From: Candidatus Omnitrophota bacterium | GTDB lineage: Bacteria > Omnitrophota > Gorgyraeia > 1-14-0-20-64-10 | Length of the DNA: 64,000 nt | Assembly: GCA_030651065.1 (NCBI GenBank) | Contig: JAUSCU010000077.1 | Coordinates: 13,362 to 77,361, forward strand | Direction of reading: 5' to 3' | Part shown: in pieces, positions 35,727 through 46,430 of the stretch | Position numbering within the stretch: position 1 is the first letter of the stretch | Layout: each line of letters opens with the position of its first letter | The notes under the pieces: generated by a model | Seen by the model: only the letters and a program-made list of their open reading frames with translations | Told to the model about the DNA's origin: nothing | Database searches by the model: none | Program-made: the position numbers and the translations under genes

Positions 35727-36356
35727 ATGAAGCGAGCGCTCATGGTCCTAGCACTCCTATTGTTGCCGGCGATGGCGGCTCCCGCCGGCGAAGAAACGAC
35801 TCTCCGGGGGCGCGTGACTCTGGACACTGCCGCCGGACAGCCCAGAGCGAACGCTTCCGATGTGGTGGTTTTCCTGGAAAATGTGGAGGGAGCGCCTGCC
35901 TCCGAACCCCGTCCTGCCGAGATGCGCCAACTGGGCAAACAGTTTTCACCTGAAGTGCTTCCGGTGGTGGTGGGAACACAGGTTTCCTTCCCCAATCAGG
36001 ACAATGTTTATCACAACGTCTTCTCCCGGTCGAAAACCAAACCGTTCAATCTGGGGATGATTAAACAAGAAGACAAGCCCTCTCTCCGCTTTGATGCGCC
36101 CGGGCTCGTCAAAGTTTATTGCCACATCCACGCCCACATGGTCGGGTATATCCTGGTCCTCAACAACCCGTTCTTCGCGGTCACCGACGCGCAGGGCTCT
36201 TTCGAAATCTCCGGCATCCCTCCCGGCCAGTACACGGTCCGGGCTTGGCAACGTTTCGGCCCGGAGGAAACGGCGACGGTGCAGCTGGCCCAGGGACAGA
36301 CCCAAGATCTGGATTTTCACCTGAAAGAAGAAAATAACCTGATTTCCTCCCCATGA
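35727..36356 (+). CDS. Secreted cupredoxin-like protein (possible type-1 copper site)
   Basis: A signal peptide is present. H in YHNVF, together with VYCHIHAHM (C-x2-H-x2-M), suggests a blue-copper ligand set. Confidence 0.4.
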   Translation: MKRALMVLALLLLPAMAAPAGEETTLRGRVTLDTAAGQPRANASDVVVFLENVEGAPASEPRPAEMRQLGKQFSPEVLPVVVGTQVSFPNQDNVYHNVFSRSKTKPFNLGMIKQEDKPSLRFDAPGLVKVYCHIHAHMVGYILVLNNPFFAVTDAQGSFEISGIPPGQYTVRAWQRFGPEETATVQLAQGQTQDLDFHLKEENNLISSP

Positions 36357-38626
36357 AGACCCGGGGGAACCTCTTTCAAAAAATCAGTCTCAGCACTTGC
36401 GCTGTCCTCACGATGCTGGTGCTCAGCACGCTGATCTTCCTGGATGGGAGGCTGAAAGAGACCATCTCCGCTCGGACCCGGCAAAGCTTGCAGGATGGAC
36501 GCAGGACCGGTTCGGGTTTCCTCAATGACCGGTCGGAGCTGCTGCTCCTGAACGCCCGGGTCTTCGTCGAATCACCCCAATTCAAGAGCCTGCTGGCAAC
36601 ACCAGGCGTCGACCGCGAGACCATAGTATTCACGTTGCGGGAACTTTCCCAGGTGGCGGAAACAGACCTGCTGATGGTCACTGACGCCGGCGGGAAAGTC
36701 CTCGCCCGCCTCGATAAACCGGACCAATCGGGGGAAGACCTGGGCCGGCGAGCAGACATCCGTGAAGCGCTCCAGGGGAAAGAGTACGCCAGTTTTTTCG
36801 TGGAAGAGGAAACCCTCTATCAGGTCCTCACCTTACCTGTGATCTCCGAGGAGAGGCTCCAGGGCGCGCTTTCCATCGGATTCGCGGTCGATCACGACCT
36901 GGCTCAAAGAATACGGGAAATGACCGGCTGTGAAGTCTCCTTTTGGGCCGATGAAACCGTCGTGGCCCTGTCGGGAGGCGCGGATCAAAAGGACCGGCTG
37001 GAGAGGCGAGCCCGCAGCCATCCTGAAATCCTCTCCATCCCGGCAGACCGCGGGCCGCTTGATCCGCGGCCATTGGAAGAGGGCGGAAGACGATCCTTGA
37101 TCCTGGCCTGGCCGCTGGAGCACGGGCTGGGCTCGCAGAATTTGAACGTCGTCCTGGAATTGTCCCTCTCGGAAGCTTTGGCGTTTTATGAGCGCGGGAT
37201 CCGCCTCCGGTTGATCCTCATCGGGATTTTCTTGATGGTCCTCTCACTTGCCGCGAGCCTCTGGCTGGCCCAGAGCATCGCCAGCCCCATCCTGAGGCTG
37301 GCCACCGCCGCCGGCGAGATCGCCAAAGGCAACTTCTCGCAAAAGGTCCGGATCGAGTCCCAGGATGAGGTCGGCATCTTGGGGGAATCGTTTAATCGCA
37401 TGGTGGGGGACCTGCAGAAAACCCGCGACGACCTGCTGGCCTCCATCGACAAGCAAGGCACGCTGATGGACGCCCTGACACGGTCCGTCGCGTCCGAAAA
37501 ACAAAGAGCGCAGGAGCTGGAAAAAGCCCAGGAAGAGCTGACGATCTACTCCCGGGAGCTGGAGCAGAAAGTGGCCCAAAGAACCGGAGAGCTGGGCCAA
37601 GCGAACGATAATCTGACGTTCCGGTTGGACGAGCTCAAGCAGCGCAACCGGGAGATCACGCTGCTGAGTGAAATGGATGACATCCTCCAGGCCTGCATGA
37701 CAGCCGATGAAGCGTACACCGCCGTTGGCCGGACAGTCCACCAGATGTTCCCGGCCGCGTCCGGCGGGCTCTCCCTGATGGATAGTCAGAAGAGGGATCT
37801 GCTGAACGTCGTCATTTCCTGGGGAGAGGTCTTAGCGTCACAACCGGTTTTCACCTGGTCCCAATGCATGGGATTGAGACGCGGGCGGCTTCATTGGGTG
37901 GAGGACCCGCGTCTGGGCATTCCCTGCCCCCACCTCCCGAAAGAATCGAACGTCGCGTCCATGTGCGTTCCGATGATGGGACAAGGCAAGGCCTTGGGAG
38001 CCCTGCATTTGGTTTTTCCGCTGGGCACCGTGATCAGCGATGAACAGCGGCAGATCGCCGGAACGGTCACCAAGCACATCTCCCTGTCGCTGGCCAACCT
38101 CGGCCTGCGAGAAACGCTGCGGGAACAATCCATCCGCGACACGCTGACAGGCCTGTTCAACCGCCGATACATGGAAGAAACCCTTCACCTGGAGGTTGCG
38201 CGCGCCATCCGCAGCGAACGTCCGCTGGGAATCATCATGCTGGACGTGGACCATTTCAAACGCTTCAACGACACCTACGGTCATGACGGAGGGGACGCGG
38301 TACTTAAAGAAGTCGGCCTCTTCCTTAAAAAACAAACTCGGGAAGGAGACATCGCTTGCCGGTTTGGCGGCGAAGAGTTCGTTTTGATTCTTCCGGCCAC
38401 TCCCCTGGAGGAATGCCGCCAGATCGCCGAACAGATCCGCGAGGCGGTGAAGAAATTGGAAATCCGAAAAAATCAACAGGTGATGGAACCGATCTCTGTC
38501 TCACTGGGGGTTGCTGTCTTTCCGCAGCATGGGCGGACCGCGGAGTTTGTCCTCCAAACAGCGGATGAGGCCTTGTATCGCTCAAAGGAGGAAGGCCGTG
38601 ACCGTGTCACGGTAAGCGGCTCATGA
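36353..38626 (+). CDS. Membrane sensor diguanylate cyclase (periplasmic sensor, HAMP, coiled coil, GAF, GGDEF)
   Basis: Two TM helices flank a periplasmic domain of about 270 aa. A HAMP-like segment, a GAF-like region, and a GGDEF domain with an intact RFGGEEF active site and RxxD I-site region are present. Confidence 0.8.
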   Translation: MKTRGNLFQKISLSTCAVLTMLVLSTLIFLDGRLKETISARTRQSLQDGRRTGSGFLNDRSELLLLNARVFVESPQFKSLLATPGVDRETIVFTLRELSQVAETDLLMVTDAGGKVLARLDKPDQSGEDLGRRADIREALQGKEYASFFVEEETLYQVLTLPVISEERLQGALSIGFAVDHDLAQRIREMTGCEVSFWADETVVALSGGADQKDRLERRARSHPEILSIPADRGPLDPRPLEEGGRRSLILAWPLEHGLGSQNLNVVLELSLSEALAFYERGIRLRLILIGIFLMVLSLAASLWLAQSIASPILRLATAAGEIAKGNFSQKVRIESQDEVGILGESFNRMVGDLQKTRDDLLASIDKQGTLMDALTRSVASEKQRAQELEKAQEELTIYSRELEQKVAQRTGELGQANDNLTFRLDELKQRNREITLLSEMDDILQACMTADEAYTAVGRTVHQMFPAASGGLSLMDSQKRDLLNVVISWGEVLASQPVFTWSQCMGLRRGRLHWVEDPRLGIPCPHLPKESNVASMCVPMMGQGKALGALHLVFPLGTVISDEQRQIAGTVTKHISLSLANLGLRETLREQSIRDTLTGLFNRRYMEETLHLEVARAIRSERPLGIIMLDVDHFKRFNDTYGHDGGDAVLKEVGLFLKKQTREGDIACRFGGEEFVLILPATPLEECRQIAEQIREAVKKLEIRKNQQVMEPISVSLGVAVFPQHGRTAEFVLQTADEALYRSKEEGRDRVTVSGS

Positions 38627-38630
38627 AGTT

Positions 38631-39761
38631 TTATTCCGTCACGTAGATCGGGTTGGTGTAGATCCAGGGGAGGCCTTTGCGGGTCACCTCGAGGCGGTAA
38701 ATCCCCTTCCCCTTCACATCGAACGCGGCCTCCCGCCCCCGCCGTTTCTCTACCGGCCGGCCGTCGAGGAACAGCGTCATCTCCCCCGGCCCAGGCAAGT
38801 TTGCGCGCAGCCTCAGTCCGGGTTCCCAGCGAACCTTCTCTCCCATCGTGCCGAGAACCTTATCCTCCTTCACGGCGGTGAACCGGAACCCGCGGGCATC
38901 CGCCAAAATATCGTGCGCCACGAATAAGCGGCCCTTCCCCAGCGCGTCATACACCGCCGCTTCCGTGAGCTCGCCGGAAATCAGCAGGTGGTTGCGCACC
39001 AGCTTGAACAGAGTCTCGTAGGGACCCAGCCGCAGGCCAACCCGCTTCAGACCATGCGCGTCGGCGCCGCCGATGCCGACAACGGGGCCCCGGTCGGCAA
39101 GGTATCGGTCCCACAACTCGAGGGTCCGGTCCGGCCGGTCCAGCCACCGGCTGGCGCTGACATCCGACCCGGTCAGCAGAGTCCAGAGGATCAAAGAGAC
39201 AGAGTTTTCCTCCGTGGCATCCTGCGCGGCATTGTAGATCTCCATGCCGGTGAACCCGTGAAGCCCCCAATGTTCCCAGCGTTTCTTGTGCCAGAGCGGA
39301 TGCGCGATGAACCCCAATCCTCCCCCCGCCGTCACGGCATCCGAGGTCGGCTGGAATTTTTTTCCCTGAGGCACATCCTCTTTGATCCGAAACGCCAGGT
39401 AATGCCCCTCCGAGGAGATCTCGGATCCCACCAGCAACAGCGTCTTTCCGTGGAAACCTTCCTTCCCTTCCTGCTTGGCCCGCAGCGTGTTGTGGTCGGT
39501 GAGAATCAGGAAATCCAGCCCCTGCTGTTCCGCGATAGCCGCGATCTGCTCCACGGTCCCGGTCCCATCGGAGTAAACACTATGGACATGAATCACGCCG
39601 ACCGCTTCCCGGTAGCCGGAGATCGCGGCCTCAACGGCGGGATCGGGGCACGGGACATCCTGCGATTCGACGGGAAGAAAAACGCAGCCGGAGAGAAGAG
39701 GCAGGACCAACAACACCTTCTTCGCCAAAAAGAGAGATGACCAGGTCAGCGGTTTATTCAT
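38631..39761 (-). CDS. PHP-domain metallohydrolase (CehA/McbA-like), lipoprotein
   Basis: GVIHVHSVYSDGTG...ILTDHN are PHP metal-binding motifs. The start MNKPLTW was chosen to avoid overlap with the tRNA. A lipobox LLSGC is present. Confidence 0.55.
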   Translation of the reverse strand: MNKPLTWSSLFLAKKVLLVLPLLSGCVFLPVESQDVPCPDPAVEAAISGYREAVGVIHVHSVYSDGTGTVEQIAAIAEQQGLDFLILTDHNTLRAKQEGKEGFHGKTLLLVGSEISSEGHYLAFRIKEDVPQGKKFQPTSDAVTAGGGLGFIAHPLWHKKRWEHWGLHGFTGMEIYNAAQDATEENSVSLILWTLLTGSDVSASRWLDRPDRTLELWDRYLADRGPVVGIGGADAHGLKRVGLRLGPYETLFKLVRNHLLISGELTEAAVYDALGKGRLFVAHDILADARGFRFTAVKEDKVLGTMGEKVRWEPGLRLRANLPGPGEMTLFLDGRPVEKRRGREAAFDVKGKGIYRLEVTRKGLPWIYTNPIYVTE

Positions 39762-39772
39762 AATGTAAATAA

Positions 39773-39861
39773 CGGAGAGGCAGGGATTCGAACCCTGGAG
39801 GCCCCTTTCGGAACCTACGCGATTTCCAGTCGCGTTCATTCAACCGCTCTGACACCTCTCC
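39773..39861 (-). tRNA. tRNA-Ser (anticodon GGA)
   Basis: The minus-strand sequence is ggagaggtgtcagagcggttgaatgaacgcgactGGAaatcgcg... with a long variable arm and the T-arm GGTTCGAATCC. Confidence 0.85.
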
Positions 39862-39920
39862 AAATAGAGCAAGGAGTAAGCAGTATAAGCCATTTGGGAG
39901 ATTCGGGGAAGCGAGCCGTC

Positions 39921-41255
39921 CTACGTGGAGGAACGGCGTTCTTTAAGACCAGCCATGAACTCCTGGAAACCGGTTCGCGCTCGGATCACATCTTCTTCCA
40001 GACCGGAGAAAACGGAGAGAATCGCTAAAACCACCTGCTCGAATTCTCTCTGTCCTAGAATTGCATCGAGATCTACCCGCGCCAGTTGAGCAACGGATCT
40101 CCAAACAGGTATCTCCTCTTCTAGACCAGCCAGATGAACGGCTGGAAGAGAAGGAGTGTCGGCAATCAGCACGGCGAATACCTCCCCGGGTGTCTGATTC
40201 CCCTGGAAACGGATCCCCGGCAAGCGGTCCAAACCACGCAAAGCGGAAAAACGCTCCTCCACGCCGGAGGTGATGACCAGCGGGACCCGAGAGATCTCAG
40301 CCGACGGTAGGAGCGCCTGGAGGAAACCCTCCGCGCTTGCCTCCTCCACACCGGCATGATCCGGCTCTTCAAACGCGGAGGGTTTCGGGAACAGCAGGAC
40401 ACGGGTGTTGCCAACGCCCTCTCGAAAAAATTCCTTGTCGATGATGAACTCGTTGGCCTGACGCATGATGCTGAGTGTCGGACCCGCCATGCCACCCGGT
40501 CTTTGGCTGTCAATCCCTCTCTGCTGATCATGGCTTGCCTTCCAGAGAAAATATTCGTCCGTCTGCTGCACCATGCTGGGAATAGGGTCCAGCCAGGTTT
40601 GGTAATTGAATTCCATCTGGTACTGGTCACTTAGCGTGGCCCGCACGAGATCGGAGTTCCACTCCAACTCGATGACGGTTGTACGGCTTGCATCCCATTC
40701 GTAGCTCCACTCATTGATGTTGCCGACCAGCTCAGACAACGGATAAACCAATTGACGCACTTGATCGATGGGCAATTCTCTCAGAATGGGAACGATCCAA
40801 TCCCTCAACCACTCATCAATTCTCAGGACCATCCAATCTCCCGGAATGACGAACCTCGCAGTTTTGTGCGGAACGTCCATCACCGCTTCGGGTGGCTCAA
40901 TGTAGCGCGTCTCTTTCGGCAACTGAGAACGGATAAATTCCATCGGCTCCGCATTGGGATCCCCGAGTCTCCGGGCCACCATGCGGCCCCGCCTTACTTC
41001 CGAGATTCGATAGTCGTTCGAATGGATGGTCGTACCCTCCTGCGGCGGAACGACCAGGATGCCGCCGACTTTCAAGCGAGCTCTCCGGATGGGCACTCCT
41101 GCCTGCGGCATGGGTTTTCGCACCGCCTCCTCCAGACCGGTGAGGGAAGACGGGGTTTCTGGCTGGGAGGTCCGCAGAGCCCAGGCAGGAGAAGGAGCCA
41201 GGAACACTAGGATCAGCAGAAGGGCGACGGGTTTAGGGGGAGCCGAAAAAGGCAT
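39921..41255 (-). CDS. Secreted formylglycine-generating-enzyme (SUMF1/FGE) family-like protein
   Basis: GNINEWSYEW resembles the FGE-sulfatase motif. A signal peptide MPFSAPPKPVALLLILVFLAPSPAWA is present, and I chose this internal start to avoid overlap with the tRNA. Confidence 0.4.
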   Translation of the reverse strand: MPFSAPPKPVALLLILVFLAPSPAWALRTSQPETPSSLTGLEEAVRKPMPQAGVPIRRARLKVGGILVVPPQEGTTIHSNDYRISEVRRGRMVARRLGDPNAEPMEFIRSQLPKETRYIEPPEAVMDVPHKTARFVIPGDWMVLRIDEWLRDWIVPILRELPIDQVRQLVYPLSELVGNINEWSYEWDASRTTVIELEWNSDLVRATLSDQYQMEFNYQTWLDPIPSMVQQTDEYFLWKASHDQQRGIDSQRPGGMAGPTLSIMRQANEFIIDKEFFREGVGNTRVLLFPKPSAFEEPDHAGVEEASAEGFLQALLPSAEISRVPLVITSGVEERFSALRGLDRLPGIRFQGNQTPGEVFAVLIADTPSLPAVHLAGLEEEIPVWRSVAQLARVDLDAILGQREFEQVVLAILSVFSGLEEDVIRARTGFQEFMAGLKERRSST

Positions 41256-41312
41256 GGAACAAGTATGCCCGATGAAGAGAAGAAATGACAAGGTGCGGAG
41301 AACGGAAGATAA

Positions 41313-41397
41313 CGGAGAGAGGAGGATTCGAACCCCCGAACCCTTGCGGGTTAACGCTTTTCGAGAGCGCCGCATTCAGCCACTCTGCCATCTCTCC
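41313..41397 (-). tRNA. tRNA-Ser (anticodon CGA)
   Basis: The minus-strand sequence is ggagagatggcagagtggctgaatgcggcgctcTCGAaaagcg... Read CGA as the anticodon. A long variable arm is present. Confidence 0.8.
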
Positions 41398-41423
41398 AAG
41401 AACCCCTTATTTTACACGAGTAT

Positions 41424-41510
41424 CGGAGAGGGTAGGATTCGAACCTACGGAGGCCCGAAAGCCTCAGCAGTTTTCAAGACTGCCGCTTTCAACCGCTCAG
41501 CCACCTCTCC
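41424..41510 (-). tRNA. tRNA-Ser (anticodon TGA)
   Basis: The minus-strand sequence is ggagaggtggctgagcggttgaaagcggcagtctTGAaaactgctgaggc... A long variable arm is present. Confidence 0.85.
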
Positions 41511-41511
41511 T

Positions 41512-42174
41512 TCAGCGGAAGATCTGGGTGAAGATACTTCGGTAAAGGTCCAGGCCGGCATGCCAGCCGCCGGCCAGGTAGGCGCCGAAATGGACCTCCG
41601 TCACGACGAGACTTAAGACTCCCAGCACGCAGGTGATGTTTGCCCAATAGATGAGCCCCACCGAGAGGATGGGCCCCAGGACGTCGAGGTCCGTCTGCTT
41701 CTGTTTGAGCGCCTCCACGGTGAAGACCAGGTGGAACGCCAGGCTGGCCCCCAGGCCGAACAGGAACCAGCTCACCGTGGGCCGGACGTCCCAGAAAAAA
41801 CCGGCGATGCCATAGGCCAGCGCCGCGAGGATCGAGTAGACCGGGATCATGTAGGGTGCCAGCGCGATGAAGCCGGTGACCTTGTTCGTCACCACGGACC
41901 CTTGCGTCTTCCCCGCTTTGAACCCCTTTACCTGCCCGCCGGACATCCAGGCAGCCGTCGCGTGGGTCAGCTCGTGGCCAAAGACGTAGGCCCGGCTGGG
42001 GGCGCCTAAAAAGACGTGCAGCGCGAGATAGGCCGTAATGCCCAGCAGCAGCGCCACCTCCGGCTGCCCGACCCGGCGGGGCAACATCAGCTGCTCGTAG
42101 AAAGCGAACGAGTAGCCGGCCCAGAGCGGGATCAGCAGCAAACCGAAACAGGTCCGCAGGACGCGGGCGATCAT
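41512..42174 (-). CDS. Polytopic membrane protein with an HExxH motif (putative zinc metalloprotease)
   Basis: FGHELTHA lies within a TM-rich protein of 220 aa. Confidence 0.4.
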   Translation of the reverse strand: MIARVLRTCFGLLLIPLWAGYSFAFYEQLMLPRRVGQPEVALLLGITAYLALHVFLGAPSRAYVFGHELTHATAAWMSGGQVKGFKAGKTQGSVVTNKVTGFIALAPYMIPVYSILAALAYGIAGFFWDVRPTVSWFLFGLGASLAFHLVFTVEALKQKQTDLDVLGPILSVGLIYWANITCVLGVLSLVVTEVHFGAYLAGGWHAGLDLYRSIFTQIFR

Positions 42175-42175
42175 G

Positions 42176-43486
42176 TCAGCGGGGCGTCAGCCTCTCCAAT
42201 CCGTTGAGGTAGGGCCGCAGCGCCGGAGGCAAGGTCACCGAACCATCAGCATTCTGGTGCGTCTCCAACAGCGCGATGAACGTCCGGGCCAGCGCCACCC
42301 CGGAACCGTTGAGCGTGTGGACGAAGCGAACCTTCTGGGTGGCTGCCTCCTTGTACCGGATGTTCGCCCGGCGGGCCTGGAAATCCTCGAAGTTACTGCA
42401 GCTGGAAACCTCCAGCCAGCCGTTGGTCCCGGCCGAATGGGCTTCCAGGTCGTAGGTCTTCGCGGAGGAGAATCCGAGGTCCCCGGTACAGAGGGAGACC
42501 ACCCGGTACGGCAACTCCAGCTTCTGCAGCACCGTTTCGGCGTTGGCGAGCAGTTTCTCCAGTTCCTCGTAGGAACTCTCCGGCGTCACCAGCTTCACCA
42601 GCTCCACCTTGTCGAACTGGTGGACGCGGGTCAGCCCTTTCGTCTCTTTGCCGTACGATCCGGCCTCCCGGCGGAAACAGGGGGTGGCGGCGGTGTAACA
42701 AACCGGCAGCTCGTTGGGGTCCAGCGTCTCACCGGCCCGAAGGTTGGTCACCGGCACCTCCGCCGTTGGGATGAGGAACAAATCGTCATCCTTCAACCGG
42801 TACATGTCCTCCTCAAACTTCGGAAGCTGGCCGGTCCCGGTCATCGCGGCGCGGTTGACCAGCAGCGGAGGAGAAATTTCAAGGTAGCGATGCTCCTGCG
42901 TGTGCAGATCCAGCATGAATTGGATCAGCGCCCGCTCCAGCCGCGCCCCCATCCCGGTGAACAGCACGAAGTGGGACCCGGAGATCTTGGCCGCCCGCGC
43001 GAAATCAATGAGCTCCAGCAGCTCGCACAGCTCCAGGTGTGTCCTGGGCTTAAAATCGAACCGGCGCGGCTCGCCCCAGCCGCGGAGCACCTTGTTAGCC
43101 TCCGGCGGCTTGCCGGCGGGAACGCTCTCATGCGGAATGTTTGGGATCAGCAACAGCTGCTGCTGGAGCCGGACCTGCAGAGCGCCGACCTGGTCGGTGA
43201 GCTCCTTCTCCCTCTCCGACTCCTTGCGCAGCTCTTCCAGCAGCCGGTCCGCGTTCTGGCCGGAGCGCTTTAGCCGCCCCACCTCCTCGGACGCCTGGTT
43301 CTTTTTGCAGCGCAGGTCGTCCATCTCCTTGGCCTTCCCGCGGAATTCCTCCTCCAGACGGAGCAAGCCGTCCAGATCGAAGGAGGCGTTCCGGTTCTTC
43401 AGCGCCTGTTTGACCTTGTCCGGATTTTCCCGAATAAATTTGAGGTCGATCATTTTAGGACCTTCATGATAGCACAGGAAAAACAA
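42176..43486 (-). CDS. serS: Seryl-tRNA synthetase
   Basis: MIDLKFIRENPDKVKQALKNR is the N-terminal coiled-coil arm. Class II motifs (FRREAGS, GSGVAL) are present. Confidence 0.9.
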   Translation of the reverse strand: MFFLCYHEGPKMIDLKFIRENPDKVKQALKNRNASFDLDGLLRLEEEFRGKAKEMDDLRCKKNQASEEVGRLKRSGQNADRLLEELRKESEREKELTDQVGALQVRLQQQLLLIPNIPHESVPAGKPPEANKVLRGWGEPRRFDFKPRTHLELCELLELIDFARAAKISGSHFVLFTGMGARLERALIQFMLDLHTQEHRYLEISPPLLVNRAAMTGTGQLPKFEEDMYRLKDDDLFLIPTAEVPVTNLRAGETLDPNELPVCYTAATPCFRREAGSYGKETKGLTRVHQFDKVELVKLVTPESSYEELEKLLANAETVLQKLELPYRVVSLCTGDLGFSSAKTYDLEAHSAGTNGWLEVSSCSNFEDFQARRANIRYKEAATQKVRFVHTLNGSGVALARTFIALLETHQNADGSVTLPPALRPYLNGLERLTPR

Positions 43487-43542
43487 GGGGGCTTGGCACT
43501 GCTGGCAGGGGGATTCAGATGGTGTACAATGTCAGTCTTCCG

Positions 43543-43614
43543 GGGCCGGTAGCTCATTAGGAAGAGCGCCAGACTTTTAATCTGGTGAGCGTGGTTCGAA
43601 TCCACGCCGGCCCA
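43543..43614 (+). tRNA. tRNA-Lys (anticodon TTT)
   Basis: The sequence is gggccggtagctcattaggaagagcgccagactTTTaatctggtgagcgtggttcgaatccacgccggccca. Confidence 0.85.
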
Positions 43615-43623
43615 TCCTCCTAA

Positions 43624-44184
43624 CTAGACGACCTTGAGTTCGGCTTCCTTGCCGGCGAGAATTTCGTCGACTTTCTTCTGGGTGCGGTCGGTGAGCTTCT
43701 GAAGGCTGTCTAAGTTCTTGAACTTGTCGTCCTCGGTGATCTCCTTGTCCTTTTGCAGCTTCTCGATCCCTTCCTTGGCGGCGTGGCGGATATTCCGGAC
43801 GGCGACCCTGCCCTCTTCCGCCTTCCGGTGCGCGATCTTGGCCAGCTCGTCCCGGCGCTCGGTGGACAGCGGTGGAATCGGCACCCGGATGACCTTCCCC
43901 TCGACAATCGGGGTCAACCCAAGATCCGATTTCTGAAGCGCCTTCTCGATCTCCTGGATCGAGTTGGCGTCCCAGGGCTGGATCACAAGCATCTTGGGGT
44001 CCGGCGCGGAGATATTGGCCAGCTGCTTTAAGGGGGTCGGCGTTCCGAAATAATCCACCCGCACCCCCTCCACCAGCGCGGGACTGGACCGGCCGGTGCG
44101 CAGCGTGTTGAACTCCCGCTGCACCACTTCCAGCGCCTTCTGCATCTTCACCTCGGTGTCCTTCAGCAAGGATTCTAAGCTCAT
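43624..44184 (-). CDS. frr: Ribosome recycling factor
   Basis: The protein is 186 aa, with the typical RRF VRVDYFGTPTPL...RNIRHAAKE sequences. Confidence 0.9.
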   Translation of the reverse strand: MSLESLLKDTEVKMQKALEVVQREFNTLRTGRSSPALVEGVRVDYFGTPTPLKQLANISAPDPKMLVIQPWDANSIQEIEKALQKSDLGLTPIVEGKVIRVPIPPLSTERRDELAKIAHRKAEEGRVAVRNIRHAAKEGIEKLQKDKEITEDDKFKNLDSLQKLTDRTQKKVDEILAGKEAELKVV

Positions 44185-44197
44185 GGGGTCGCCTCCC

Positions 44198-45504
<1,307 letters not shown>

Positions 45505-45512
<8 letters not shown>

Positions 45513-46404
45513 CCGTCGGCTCCTTGTCCTTCTCCTTGGCCTCCGGCTTGGCTTTCAAGGCTTTATTCTTGGACTCTTCCACCTCATCAATCAGCGGGTC
45601 CACAAGCTGCTCGAGCACGGAAATCTCCTGCGGCTTTTCCTCGGGTTCTTCCTCCGCCTGCTCCTGCGCTTTGCGCTCGGCCGCGGCTTTGGCGGCAACC
45701 TCGGCCTGACCGGCCAGGTAGGACTCATGTCCCTCTAGAATCGCATCGGCCAGCAGACGGGTGACTAGCTTGATGGATCGGATCGCGTCGTCGTTACCCG
45801 GAATCACGTAAGAGATGGGGTCCGGGTCGCTGTTGGTGTCCACGAGGGAGACGACAGGGATGCCGAGCCGGATCGCTTCTTGCACCGCGGTGACTTCCCT
45901 CTTGGCGTCAATGATGTAGATCGCCTTCGGCAGGCGGGGCATGTCCCGGATACCGCTCAAGACCTTCTCCAGCTTGGCCAGCTCCTTCCCGGCCCGGGCC
46001 TCTTCCTTCTTCTTCATGCGGTCCATCGTGCCGTCTTCTTTCCAGGACTGGAGCTCTTTCAAGCGGGCAATGGACTTGCGAACAGTCTGGAAGTTGGTCA
46101 GCAGCCCGCCCAGCCAGCGGACGCACACGTAAAACTGGCCGCAGCGCTTGGCTTCTTCGGTCACGATCGGCTGCGCCTGACGCTTGGTCCCGACGAACAG
46201 GATGGGGCCGCCCTCGGCGGCAATCTTGCGCAGGTACTCGCGGGCCTCCTGAAGAGACTTGGCGGTCTTCTCAAGATCCAGGATGTAAATCCCGTTCTTC
46301 TTGCCGAAGATGTACCGGCGCATCTTCGGATTCCACCGATGGGTCTGGTGTCCGAAATGCACTCCGGCTTCCAATAAATCTTTAACAATGGGCTCAATGA
46401 TCAT
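45505..46404 (-). CDS. rpsB: 30S ribosomal protein S2, with a charged C-terminal extension
   Basis: The protein contains [16 protein letters not shown]. Confidence 0.9.
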
Positions 46405-46430
46405 AAGCGGAGATTATACCTAAAAAGCCA

